Assembly: GCA_041167505.1 (NCBI GenBank)
Contig: JBEEHR010000023.1
Location: 21,214 to 85,213, forward strand
Length of the DNA: 64,000 nt
Reading direction: 5' to 3'
Origin: Verrucomicrobiota bacterium
GTDB lineage: Bacteria > Verrucomicrobiota > Verrucomicrobiia > Chthoniobacterales > UBA10450
How positions within the stretch are numbered: the stretch's first letter is position 1; every line of letters starts with the position of its first letter. This document shows, one piece after another, positions 52,104 to 61,800 of this stretch. The position numbers were made by a program, and so were the translations under genes. A model generated the notes under the pieces. It saw only the letters and a list, made by a program, of their open reading frames with translations. It was not told where the DNA came from and ran no database searches.

Positions 52104-53459
52104 ATGAATACGCAGCGGCTCTTGATCTTGGTGGTGTCTATCCTTGTTTTTGCAAACACCCAATTGTTCGGAAACGGCGGGGCGTGGCAGACGGGCGTGC
52201 CGGTGACGGGCAACGCGTCGGCATCGGACCAGAGGAAGTCGACGAACGTGACCATCGAGGACGAGAAGCTCACGATCGATCTGCACCAGGAATTCGCGGC
52301 CGTGGAAGTGCGTTACCGGATGAAAAACACCGGTGGGCAGGTCGCGCAGGATTTCTTTTTCCCGGTGGAACGCTGGGCCGAATCCGATGGGGAAACCAGC
52401 GACCACATGCTGACGGATTTGGACGGCTACGCGATCGCGGCGGACAGCGCGGAATTGAAGTTCGAGAATGTGGACGCGAAGGGCGAAAAACCGGAACCGG
52501 AGAAAGATCCTAGCTGGGGAGAGTTCAAGGCGGGAACGCGGCTCTGGAAAAAATCGAGCATCCCGTTTGCTCAGGGGCAAACACGGGAAATTCTGATCCG
52601 TTACCATTCCCCGTACGCTGCGATCCAAAGTTCGGTCTCGGAGGATGGGCATTCCGGAGAGGCGTATTTTCGTTATTCGCTTTCGCCCGCGGCGACCTGG
52701 AAGGGGCCGATCGGGAAAGGGAAAATCACGGTGAATTACTTACACCCGCGCCCGGAAGAGATTGCGATCGCTAAACCGAAAGATCGTTTCAAAAAGATCA
52801 ACGCCACCCAGTTCGAATGGGAATTCCACAACCTGAAACCGACGCTGGCGGACGACATAAAAATTATCGTTCATCCGGCTTACGACACCTATCCGGCGAG
52901 AGCCTACACGGGGAACGACGAAGGCCCGAAGTTCCGGGCGGATTACGTCATCGAGAGCAACCGCTACTTCTTTCAGCACAGCGATTACGACGCGGTGGCG
53001 AGTTCGACCCTGCCGCCCAAGGGCGAAGAGAAATACGACGTGGTGAATCTCAAAGGCCTCGAATCAAACCATACCTGGGCCGAGGGCGCAGAGGGCGATG
53101 GCGTGGGCGAAAGCATCAGCCTGAATGTGAACCGGCCGCTTCCCCTTGACGCGATCCTGATCATGCCCGGCTATCGCGCGATGGATGATACCAACACGGA
53201 TTTCTGGGGAAACAATAACCGGGTCGCGGAACTGGAGGTGACTCTGAACGGCGAGCACAGCTTCACGGCCGCAATTCCAGACGAGAAATTTGGAGAACCG
53301 TATCCCATTCCGGTGCGGGACTACTCGAAGCCGGTCAACACCGTGAAGCTCACGATCAAGGCGGTTCACCGCGGCACGGCCACACACGACACCTGCATTT
53401 CGCTCCTCGAGTTGCGTGGCAAGCTCACGCAAAAACCAAAAATCCAGCACGCCCGGTGA
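52104..53459 (+). CDS. secreted protein: DUF4424-like N-terminal region + discoidin/galactose-binding-like C-terminal domain
   Basis: Signal peptide MNTQRLLILVVSILVFA. The C-terminal NHTWAEGAEGDGVGESISL...VKLTIKAVHRG...CISLLELRG resembles glycan-binding jelly-roll domains. Both assignments are from memory. Confidence 0.6.
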   Translation: MNTQRLLILVVSILVFANTQLFGNGGAWQTGVPVTGNASASDQRKSTNVTIEDEKLTIDLHQEFAAVEVRYRMKNTGGQVAQDFFFPVERWAESDGETSDHMLTDLDGYAIAADSAELKFENVDAKGEKPEPEKDPSWGEFKAGTRLWKKSSIPFAQGQTREILIRYHSPYAAIQSSVSEDGHSGEAYFRYSLSPAATWKGPIGKGKITVNYLHPRPEEIAIAKPKDRFKKINATQFEWEFHNLKPTLADDIKIIVHPAYDTYPARAYTGNDEGPKFRADYVIESNRYFFQHSDYDAVASSTLPPKGEEKYDVVNLKGLESNHTWAEGAEGDGVGESISLNVNRPLPLDAILIMPGYRAMDDTNTDFWGNNNRVAELEVTLNGEHSFTAAIPDEKFGEPYPIPVRDYSKPVNTVKLTIKAVHRGTATHDTCISLLELRGKLTQKPKIQHAR

Positions 53460-56161
53460 GCTGGCGCTGGGCGGCTCTGGTTCTGTTCGCCGTCGCGACG
53501 CGCTGGGCGACCGCGGCGCCGATCGCGCTCCCTGTCTATATAGAGGACAACCACGCCGGTTCTTTTTACTGGCTGGCCGCGCATCTCGACCTCGATGAAG
53601 AGTACACGCTGATCCACTTCGACGCGCACAGCGACGCGTCGGCCATCTTCGATTCGGATAAATTCCGGGAGCGTTTGCGCCGGGTTGGGTCGCTCGAGGA
53701 ACGCCGCCAACTCTTGGAGCGCTGGCGGGAGGCGGGTGCGATTCAATGTTTCAACTGGATTGAGCCGCTCATGCCGGCGCCGATCTCGCACGTGATCTGG
53801 GTGCGCGCCGGGGATCTTTCGAAACACCAGGCGCACATTTTGGAGACCGAAGCGGCCGACCAGCTCAACGGGCATCTAGAAGCAGCGCCGCGGGCGACGG
53901 GTTCGTTCCGGGAGCGGTGCCGCGTGACCGGATTCGATCAACTCCGCGCCACTTGGAAAAAGGAGCGTCCGGTCGTCATCACGATCGACCTCGATTATTT
54001 CGCCGATGTTCCCGCGAGCAAACGCGCCATCGAGTTCGAGAAGGTTTGGAAGTTCGTAACGGAATGCCAGAATCTGGGCGCGGTGACGATCGCGATTTCA
54101 CGGCCGTATCTGAAGAGCGACGAGCAGGCAAACGATCTTCTCCGGCTGGCGCTCAAGGCGTCGTTATCGTTGCCAACGGCAAACGTCCAGTTCGAGCCGT
54201 TCGCGACGGTGGCGAACGACCGGTCGTTGCGCGCTCGAGAATTCCAGAAACGCGGTGACGATGTGCCGGCGTTCAAGCTGGCCGAAGCGCCGGAAGAGTT
54301 GCGCGCGCTTTTGCTGGCGAACCGCGACCGCATCGCCGTCCAAACCGAATTTGCGTCCTGGGAAAAACAACTGGCCGAATGGGAAAACGAGACGCCCAAG
54401 GTTCGGCTCGCGATCAAAGATCGCGAACGCTCGACGGACAATGTCTGGCGAGTGCCGGCCTCTGAGCCGGCGACAATTCAATTAGAGACCGAGCCGTGGG
54501 ATGCATCCGCGGCGCGAATCGAGTGGATCGCAATCACGCCGGAATACGCCCGCTGCAATTTGACCGCGAACCGCGCGGACGAAAATGGTTTCGCGAGCGG
54601 CGCGCCGCCGCGGCCGCGCTGGCGCGAGAGGAAATTGCCGGGGAAAGATCGGACGCTTTCTCTCGGCGTCGCCCGGAAGGCGAAAGAAGAAATCGGTGCG
54701 ATCCGGGTGAAGGCGCGGGTCGAGATCGCGGGTCACGTACGCGAAACGCCTCCGATCGAGATTCGGCGCTTTGCGGGCACCGGTTTTCGCGCCGCGATCA
54801 CGGAACAGTTCGGCCTGCCTTATCTTTTTGGCAGCGGCGAATTAATCGATGGCGATAATACCGGCCCGGAAACCGGGTTCGGCGCAGACTGCGCGAACTT
54901 TGTCGTCTACGCGCTTCGCCGCCAGGGCCGCGTCGTGCCGTGGTCGAATCCGAAGCAGCTGCGGAAATATTTGGAACCGCTCGCGCAAAATATCCGGCCC
55001 GGAGAAGCGAGAATCAGCAACGACGATATCGCCGACGGACTCTTCGTTCACCTGGGTAGTCATGTCGCGGCAGTCATGGAAGACCGGCCGCCGTTCGGCG
55101 TGCTCGACCCCAGCGATCTCGTCGCGCACCAGCTCGAAGGCGTGCCGGAAATCCTCTCGTTAGGCCAGCTTCTCGAGGCGAGGAAAACCGATCGCTTCGA
55201 TCTTTTGCGCGCTCCGCATCATTCTGGAAACGTCGATATCCTCGTGGGCGGCGACGTCATGCTCGGCCGGACGGTAGGAACTGCGATCGCAGGCGGCGCG
55301 GATCCGCTGGACGGCGTTCGGCCGGTGCTCGCCCGCGCAGCGGCGAAGGTGGTGAACCTGGAATGCGTTCTTTCCGATAAGGGAACAGCCGACACCGCGA
55401 ACCGTTATTCCCTGCGCGCTCCGCTCGACGCGATCCGGGTGCTGGGCGCGGCCCGAATCAGCGCGGTCAGCCTGGCGAACAATCACGCGAATGATTTCGG
55501 GCGCGAGGCGCTCCTGGACTCGATCGCGCGTTTGCAGGCGGGCGACATCACGGCGGTCGGCGCTGGCGAAACGATCGAGCGCGCTTACGCGCCCCATTTC
55601 TTTACGACGCGCGATGGAACGAAAGGGGCAGTCATTGCGCTCGACGATGTGGATCAGGCGCCGCGAAACAATTTGATCGCGCGAACCCAGGACCGGGAGC
55701 GTGTCGCCGCGGCGATCGCGGAAGCGCGCGGGGGTGCCTCCTACGTTCTGGCTTTCGTGCACTGGGGCAATGAGAACACGGACAAAGTCAGCGACCGCCA
55801 GCGGGAACTGGCGCGGTGGTTAATCGATCACGGCGTGGACGCGGTGGTGGGCAGCCACCCGCACTGCATTCAACTGCCCGATGCCTATCATGGCCGGCCG
55901 ATTATCTATTCGTTAGGCAACCTGGTCTTCGACGGCGCGCCTACTCTGCCAGGTTGGAACCGGGGTCAGCTTCTTGAGATCGATGCCGGCCAGCGCGGCG
56001 TGCGACAGGGTTCGTTTCGGCTGGTGCCAGTACAACTGGATGCCCGCGGATTTCCACAGCTCGCGGAAGCGAATCAGGCACCCGAACGGCCGAAGAGTGT
56101 GGCCACCGCCGGTGCGGCCTTTTCGCGTAACCGAGTAAAGGGCGCTTCGAAGAATCGATAG
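53456..56161 (+). CDS. secreted three-domain fusion: UPF0489/arginase-fold-like + NlpC/P60-like + CapA (PGA_cap metallophosphatase-like)
   Basis: The GTG start overlaps the upstream stop (GTGA). The N-terminus has IEDNHAGSFYW..LIHFDAHSD..ITIDLDYF. The middle has LPYLFGSG..GADCANFVVYALRRQG..HLGSHVAAV. The C-terminus has the CapA blocks GGDVMLGR..NLE..SLANNHANDFG..FVHWGNE..GSHPH..SLGNLVFD. Confidence 0.75.
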   Translation: MSWRWAALVLFAVATRWATAAPIALPVYIEDNHAGSFYWLAAHLDLDEEYTLIHFDAHSDASAIFDSDKFRERLRRVGSLEERRQLLERWREAGAIQCFNWIEPLMPAPISHVIWVRAGDLSKHQAHILETEAADQLNGHLEAAPRATGSFRERCRVTGFDQLRATWKKERPVVITIDLDYFADVPASKRAIEFEKVWKFVTECQNLGAVTIAISRPYLKSDEQANDLLRLALKASLSLPTANVQFEPFATVANDRSLRAREFQKRGDDVPAFKLAEAPEELRALLLANRDRIAVQTEFASWEKQLAEWENETPKVRLAIKDRERSTDNVWRVPASEPATIQLETEPWDASAARIEWIAITPEYARCNLTANRADENGFASGAPPRPRWRERKLPGKDRTLSLGVARKAKEEIGAIRVKARVEIAGHVRETPPIEIRRFAGTGFRAAITEQFGLPYLFGSGELIDGDNTGPETGFGADCANFVVYALRRQGRVVPWSNPKQLRKYLEPLAQNIRPGEARISNDDIADGLFVHLGSHVAAVMEDRPPFGVLDPSDLVAHQLEGVPEILSLGQLLEARKTDRFDLLRAPHHSGNVDILVGGDVMLGRTVGTAIAGGADPLDGVRPVLARAAAKVVNLECVLSDKGTADTANRYSLRAPLDAIRVLGAARISAVSLANNHANDFGREALLDSIARLQAGDITAVGAGETIERAYAPHFFTTRDGTKGAVIALDDVDQAPRNNLIARTQDRERVAAAIAEARGGASYVLAFVHWGNENTDKVSDRQRELARWLIDHGVDAVVGSHPHCIQLPDAYHGRPIIYSLGNLVFDGAPTLPGWNRGQLLEIDAGQRGVRQGSFRLVPVQLDARGFPQLAEANQAPERPKSVATAGAAFSRNRVKGASKNR

Positions 56162-57231
56162 AGGAGCGCGCTTAGGAGAATCGCGCCGCCGATCTGGAGC
56201 GCGAAGGAAAGGAGCGCCTTCGCCAGCGGCATGGGAGCATCGGCGCCAAAGCCCGCGCGACTAACGAGGAGAAAAACCGGCAGGTGGACGAGATAAAGCC
56301 CGTACGACCAGAGCGCGATCTTGCGGACCGCGGTGCTCCCGAAATTTTCACCGGTTAACTTCCATTCGGAAGCCCAGGGCAGGAGCAGCGCGAACCCGAT
56401 CGAGACGAGGGTGAAACGAACGGTGCGCGCGAAATAGTTGTCATCGCCGAACGCAAGGTGGCCGTTCTCGATGCCCCAGAGCGTCGCATACATTGCCACG
56501 AGCAGAACGATTCCGCCGAGCGCGCAGAGAAACGCGGAGCGCCGCCACCGTTGCGGATAACGAATGGACAGCCACGCCCCGATCACCCCAATCATCAGGG
56601 CGTCAAAGCGATAGATGACGACCATGCGCAGGCCTTCCGACCAGGTAGCGGACGGATCCGAAGCGGTCACCATTCGGGCGAGGGTGGAAAAGGCGAGGAA
56701 GGTGAAAGCGGCCGCGAGAAAGACGGCATCGAAACGTTTCGTCAATTTCAGCCCCAGCCAGAGCGCGGCGGGAAACAGGAGATAAAACCATTCCTCGATC
56801 GCCAGGCTCCAGGATTCGGGGAAGAAGGTCATGTGAAATGCGGTCAGGTTTCGCAAAAAGAAGCCATGCGACAGCGCCTCGCCGAGGCCGACCGGATGCG
56901 CGCGGAAGAAACGCTCGAGCGCGATGTTGACGATGAGGAAAAGAAAAAAGAGCGGCAACGTCCGGAACCAGCGGCGCACATAAAAGAAGGCGACGTTCCC
57001 GGCCTGGCCGAGATCGCTGCCGGTCCGGATCAGGATTTGCCCGATCAGGAATCCGCTTAGGACGAAAAACAATTCCACGCCATAGAACCCGCCGTGACCG
57101 AAGACGGCGAGGGCGTCGCCGAAGTGCGGGTAGAGCACGACGAAACCATGCGCGCAGATCACCATGAGAATGGCCGCGGCCCGGAGGAGATCGAGGCCGA
57201 AGACGCGGCCGGATTCGTGAGATGTCTTCAC
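56074..57231 (-). CDS. acyltransferase family 3 (OafA/NolL-like) membrane protein
   Basis: GLDLLRAAAILMVICAHG and about 10 TM helices. The GTG start at 57231 overlaps the upstream stop (GTGA). The 3' end overlaps the convergent 53456..56161 gene by 88 nt. Confidence 0.75.
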   Translation of the reverse strand: MKTSHESGRVFGLDLLRAAAILMVICAHGFVVLYPHFGDALAVFGHGGFYGVELFFVLSGFLIGQILIRTGSDLGQAGNVAFFYVRRWFRTLPLFFLFLIVNIALERFFRAHPVGLGEALSHGFFLRNLTAFHMTFFPESWSLAIEEWFYLLFPAALWLGLKLTKRFDAVFLAAAFTFLAFSTLARMVTASDPSATWSEGLRMVVIYRFDALMIGVIGAWLSIRYPQRWRRSAFLCALGGIVLLVAMYATLWGIENGHLAFGDDNYFARTVRFTLVSIGFALLLPWASEWKLTGENFGSTAVRKIALWSYGLYLVHLPVFLLVSRAGFGADAPMPLAKALLSFALQIGGAILLSALLYRFFEAPFTRLREKAAPAVATLFGRSGA

Positions 57232-57857
57232 GCCTTTTTGCGGTGGCCGACCATTTCGCTGTCCCACGTCCGCCGATCGACGCGGGTGAGATGTTTTTCC
57301 AAGCCGCGCTTGAGCAAAGGCCGGTGCGGAATGTCGCAAAGATATTCGGCGACGAACCAGATATCTTTGTCCGAGGTCATCCAATGGCGATCGTCGAACC
57401 GGGCGAGATTCACCGGCTGCGAATAACGCCGGAGCGTCCGTTCGCCGCGGAGATTGAAATAAGTGTTAAAATAACTCAGCGCCAGTTCACGCAACGTCCG
57501 ATACACCGGCTCGCGATAACGACAGCCGGCGAAGTTCGATTTCGCGATCGCGCCCCAGTGCCCGCGCATTTTGAAAATCGCCAGGACGTGGTCGGTGTCC
57601 TGGTCCGCTTCCAGATCGAAGATGAGCGGCGGGAATCCGAGAACCCGGAGCGCGGCCGCGGCAAAGATCGCACCTTCCAGGCAGTGCGCGGTTTTCTCGC
57701 GCAGGACAGTGCGAGGTGACCAGGCAGTGCCGGCGAGATGATAGGGAATAGCGTCGAGAAAACGCTGGATCCCGGCGGGCGACTTAAGCGCGCGCAAAGC
57801 CCGGAGTTCCGACGGCGTGAATTCACCCGGTTCCGCGGCCGTTGCAGTTTTCTTCAT
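57228..57857 (-). CDS. hypothetical protein, transglutaminase/papain-like Cys-His fold suspected
   Basis: Candidate catalytic residues are Cys in KTAHCLEGAIFAAAALR and His in DTDHVLAIFK. The ATG at 57857 overlaps the upstream stop (TGATG). Confidence 0.5.
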   Translation of the reverse strand: MKKTATAAEPGEFTPSELRALRALKSPAGIQRFLDAIPYHLAGTAWSPRTVLREKTAHCLEGAIFAAAALRVLGFPPLIFDLEADQDTDHVLAIFKMRGHWGAIAKSNFAGCRYREPVYRTLRELALSYFNTYFNLRGERTLRRYSQPVNLARFDDRHWMTSDKDIWFVAEYLCDIPHRPLLKRGLEKHLTRVDRRTWDSEMVGHRKKA

Positions 57858-58174
57858 CAGCGCCGAAGAAACGCGTAAAGCCCGTCGGAGCAATTCCCGC
57901 CGCGGAAGAGAATCTCGTCATCGGGTATCTCACGTTTCGCCCAACCTTTCAAGATCCGATCGACCTGCTGGGCGCGGATCAGGGTCGAGTCGCCTTTGTA
58001 ATCGGATACCTGTTTGGCGAGCCACTGGAACAACTCGTGAGGGGCGGGTGTGTCCGGGAGCAGATAAGTCGAAATCTTTTTGATCTGGATCGCGCCCGAT
58101 TTCTGGAGCTTCCGCCAGCTGGCCACTCCCGCCGTCTTATGCGTTGCCGGCATGCAGAGAGCAGCAAAAGCCAC
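57857..58174 (-). CDS. small ChrB N-terminal-domain-like protein
   Basis: WRKLQKSGAIQIKKISTYLLPDTPAPHELFQWLAKQV fits the pattern W-R-x-L-x-x-x-G-A..Y-L-L-P..E-x-F-x-W-L that I recall for ChrB_N. The start is the GTG at 58174 or the ATG at 58153. Confidence 0.45.
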   Translation of the reverse strand: MAFAALCMPATHKTAGVASWRKLQKSGAIQIKKISTYLLPDTPAPHELFQWLAKQVSDYKGDSTLIRAQQVDRILKGWAKREIPDDEILFRGGNCSDGLYAFLRR

Positions 58175-58399
58175 GAGCGATCGGGATTGGGAAGATGTTT
58201 TTCACCAAGAAAGTTGGTACAGGTAGCGCAGCATCTATTTCAAGGAAGTGAATTGTATTACATTTGTGTCAAGGCTTTGCGTCTGTTCACCTCTTGCGGG
58301 CGGCGCGGAGCGAATACGCGAGGCTCGAAAAACGGCTCGCCGCCTCCGAGATCGGAGACTGGCGTGAGCAGGTCGCGGCCTTCAGGCCTACGATAAAAC

Positions 58400-58491
58400 T
58401 GGCGGAAGGGGTGGGATTCGAACCCACGGTGGGTTTAACCCCACGCTCGATTTCGAGTCGAGTGCCTTAAACCGGACTCAGCCACCCTTCC
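58400..58491 (-). tRNA. tRNA-Ser (anticodon CGA), long variable arm, CCA encoded
   Basis: The reverse complement folds as GGAAGGG/CCCTTCC acceptor, CTCGA-CTCGAAA-TCGAG anticodon arm, a 19-nt variable arm and a TGGG-TTCGAAT-CCCA T arm. Confidence 0.9.
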
Positions 58492-58810
58492 TGTGACGCG
58501 TGATTTCCCGCGCGATTTGCAACGGCCATTATGGGGTGGGCGGCCGGGTTTGTAAACCAGCGGGTGAAAGAAGGCGCCGGAGGACGTTCTAGCGACAAAG
58601 ATTGGGGGCTAAACCACTGAAAACCAGCCGGTAAAAATGTTACAATTTTCGGCTTGCCGGGCGAACGCCGAGCACTTCATCTTGTGGGTCTGCTGAGTCA
58701 GCTCCGCTAGTAATTGTTGTTGGATGCAGTTCGCCGTCATTCACAACTTATTCGCGGCGCTGTTCACTATTATTCACCGCCATTCCCAATTCTGCTGACC
58801 TAACGCCGCC

Positions 58811-61800
58811 ATGATCCAACTTAAACCCGGTCTCACGCCATCCTCGCTCAATCGCCCCCGTAAATCGTCGCTTCGGACGAAAAATCGAGTGACGAAAAAG
58901 AAGAGCAGAGGCACGGGACTCCGGTTCCCGCGCGTTTTCAGCGACGCGGACGTGGCGCCGTTCGACCAGGTCGATTGGGAACGGCGCACAGCTGAAATCA
59001 CAGACGACAGCGGCAAGGTGATCTTCAAGCAGGAGAATATCGAGGTGCCCAAGAGCTGGAGCGCGCTGGCGACGAAGATCGCGGTCTCGAAATATTTCTA
59101 CGGCGACATCGCCAACGGCACGGATCCGCATAAGGGCGGGCGGGAAACTTCTGTGCGGCAGCTGGTGAATCGAGTGACGCGCACGATTACGGACTGGGGC
59201 ATTGCGGACGGCTATTTCGCGAATGCCGAGGCGGCGCAGATTTTTTACGACGAACTGACCTGGCTTTGCGTGAATCAGCACGGTGCGTTCAATTCGCCGG
59301 TCTGGTTCAACGTTGGGTTACACCACCAGTACAGGACCGGGCGTGATGCCGGTCTGGGCAATTATTTCTACAATCGCACCACCGGCCAGGCGGATCGGGC
59401 GGCGACGCAATATGAGTATCCGCAAGGGAGCGCCTGTTTCATCCAGAGCGTGGAGGACACGATGGAAGACATCATGCGCCTCGCGATGAGCGAAGCGATG
59501 CTCTTCAAGTACGGCAGCGGCACGGGGAGCGATTTGTCATCGCTGCGGAGCACGCGGGAAAAATTGAGCGGCGGCGGGAAGCCGAGCGGGCCGCTTTCGT
59601 TCCTGAAAGTTTACGACCAGGTAGCGAATGTGGTGAAGAGCGGCGGCAAAACCCGGCGGGCCGCGAAGATGAACACGCTCAAAGATTGGCACCCCGACAT
59701 CGAGGAGTTTATCGACGCCAAGCAGAAGGAAGAGAAAAAGGCGTGGGCGCTGATCGAGCAAGGTTACGACGGCAGTTACAACGGCGACGCCTACGGCTCG
59801 GTCATGTATCAAAACGAAAATCTGAGCGTCCGGGTGAGCGACGAATTCATGGACGCGGCGGTCGAGGATCGCGAATGGTGGACCAAGCGGGTTCGCGACG
59901 GCAAGCCGTGCGAACGCAAGGAGGCACGGACGCTTCTGCGCAAAATCGCCGAAGGGACGCACATCTGCGGCGACCCCGGAATGCAGTTCGATTCGACCAT
60001 CCACAAATGGCACACCTGCAAGGGAACCGACCGGCAGAACTCCACGAACCCGTGTTCGGAATATCTCTTCCTCGATAACACGGCGTGCAATCTCGCTTCC
60101 TTGAATCTGATGAAGTTCAAGGGCGAAGACGGCGTCTTCGATGTGGAGCGTTTCAAAGCGGCCGCACGGGTTTATATCACCGCGCAGGAAATTCTCGTCG
60201 ATAACGCGAGTTACCCGATCAAGGAGATCGCTGAGAACTCGCACATTTTTCGGACGCTCGGGCTCGGCTACGCGAACCTCGGTTCGCTCATCATGAGCTA
60301 CGGCTACGGTTACGATAGCGTGGAAGGCCGCGCGATTTGTGGAGCGATCACCTCGATCATGACGGGCGAGGCCTACGAGCAGAGCGCAAAGATGGCGCGA
60401 GCCATGGGACCGTTTCCGGGATATCGCGACGCGCGTTGCAGCGGAGTGCCGAAGCCGGTCGCGAAGAACAATGTCGCGCCGATGCAGGAAGTGATCGAGC
60501 TCCATCGCTCGGCGGTGAGCGAGATCGCCGCGAACGAGGAATTTGCTTACCTGAAAGAGGAAGCGGCCCGCGTCTGGGATAGCGCTTCTGCGCTCGGCCG
60601 GAAATACGGCTATCGCAATGCGCAGGTCACTGTCCTCGCTCCGACCGGCACGATCAGTTTCCTCATGGATTGCGACACGACGGGGATCGAGCCCGACATC
60701 GCGCTGGTGAAGTACAAGCTGCTCGCGGGTGGCGGCATGTTGAAGATCGTCAACCAAACAGTCACGCCCGCGCTGGAGAAGCTCGGTTACAATTCCGAAG
60801 AGATCGAGCGGATCATCGCGCACATCGACGCGTTCGACACGATCGAGGACGTGGCGGATTCCGACGGCTCGACGATCACGTCCGGATTGAAACCCGAGCA
60901 CATCGCGATCTTCGATTGCGCGTTCAAGGCGCACAAAGGCGAGCGGAGCCTGGGTTACATGGCGCACCTGCGAATGATGGCGGCGGCCCAGCCGTTCCTG
61001 AGCGGCGCGATTTCCAAAACGGTGAATATGCCCGCTACGGCAACCGTGGACGAGATCATGAACACCTACGTCGAGGGTTGGCGCCTCGGGCTGAAAGCGA
61101 TCGCCATTTACCGGGATGGATCGAAACGCTCGGCGCCGTTGAACACCCGCAAGACAAAAGACATGGGCGGGATGAAGGACGAGGTCGGGCTCGATATCAC
61201 CGTCGACAGCGAAGAATTGCATAAACGGATCCTCGAGCTGGAGAGCGAAATCACGATGCTGCGCAGCCGCATGAACCAGCCGGTCCGGCATCGGATGCAG
61301 GACACGCGCATGTCGTTGACCCATCGGTTCGAGATCGCGGGCCACGAAGGTTACATTACCGTCGGCTTGTACGAAGATGGCCAGCCGGGCGAGCTGTTCA
61401 TCACGATGGCGAAGGAAGGCAGCACCATTGGCGGATTGATGGATACCGTCGGCACCCTGACCTCGATCGCGCTGCAATATTGCGTCCCGCTCGAGAGCCT
61501 GGTGAAAAAGTTCGCGTATCAGCGGTTCGAGCCGAGCGGGTTCACCAAGAACCCCGATATCCGGAGCGCGACCAGCATTACCGATTACGTGTTCCGCTGG
61601 CTCGGTTGCCAGTTCATCAAAGGTTATAAGGAAGCGATCTCGCCTTCACGCGGACAGGCCGAACTCCCGATGAAAGAAATCGGCGAGATGGAAAAGAAAG
61701 CCGTGAACCGCCCGGTCTCCGACCTGCCAAGGACCGCGGATAAGGAAGTGCTCGACGTGATCACCAATCATATGCCGAACGAAGGCAGCCCGCACGTGAC

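Noticed and set aside
58492-58810. Cobalamin riboswitch or NrdR boxes upstream of nrdJ
   Set aside because: I could not find the B12-box core (GCCACTG in the right context) or the paired 16-bp NrdR palindromes. Only weak partial matches (ACCACTG, CACTATTATT) are present. A B12 OFF-switch on a B12-dependent enzyme would also be functionally odd. I left it as an unexplained leader.
59537-61477. Very long antisense ORFs. Examples are 59537..61477 opposite nrdJ, 7177..8136 opposite rpoA, 14898..16289 and 17137..18681 opposite hydrolases, 47195..48223 and 47749..48945 opposite fumC, 44211..45377 opposite the desaturase, 20848..21645, 28028..28921 and 35440..36378.
   Set aside because: Their translations are Arg/Ala/Gly/Pro-rich and low-complexity with no motifs. 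The opposite strand encodes proteins with clear family signatures. This is the typical stop-codon-poor antisense frame of GC-rich DNA.
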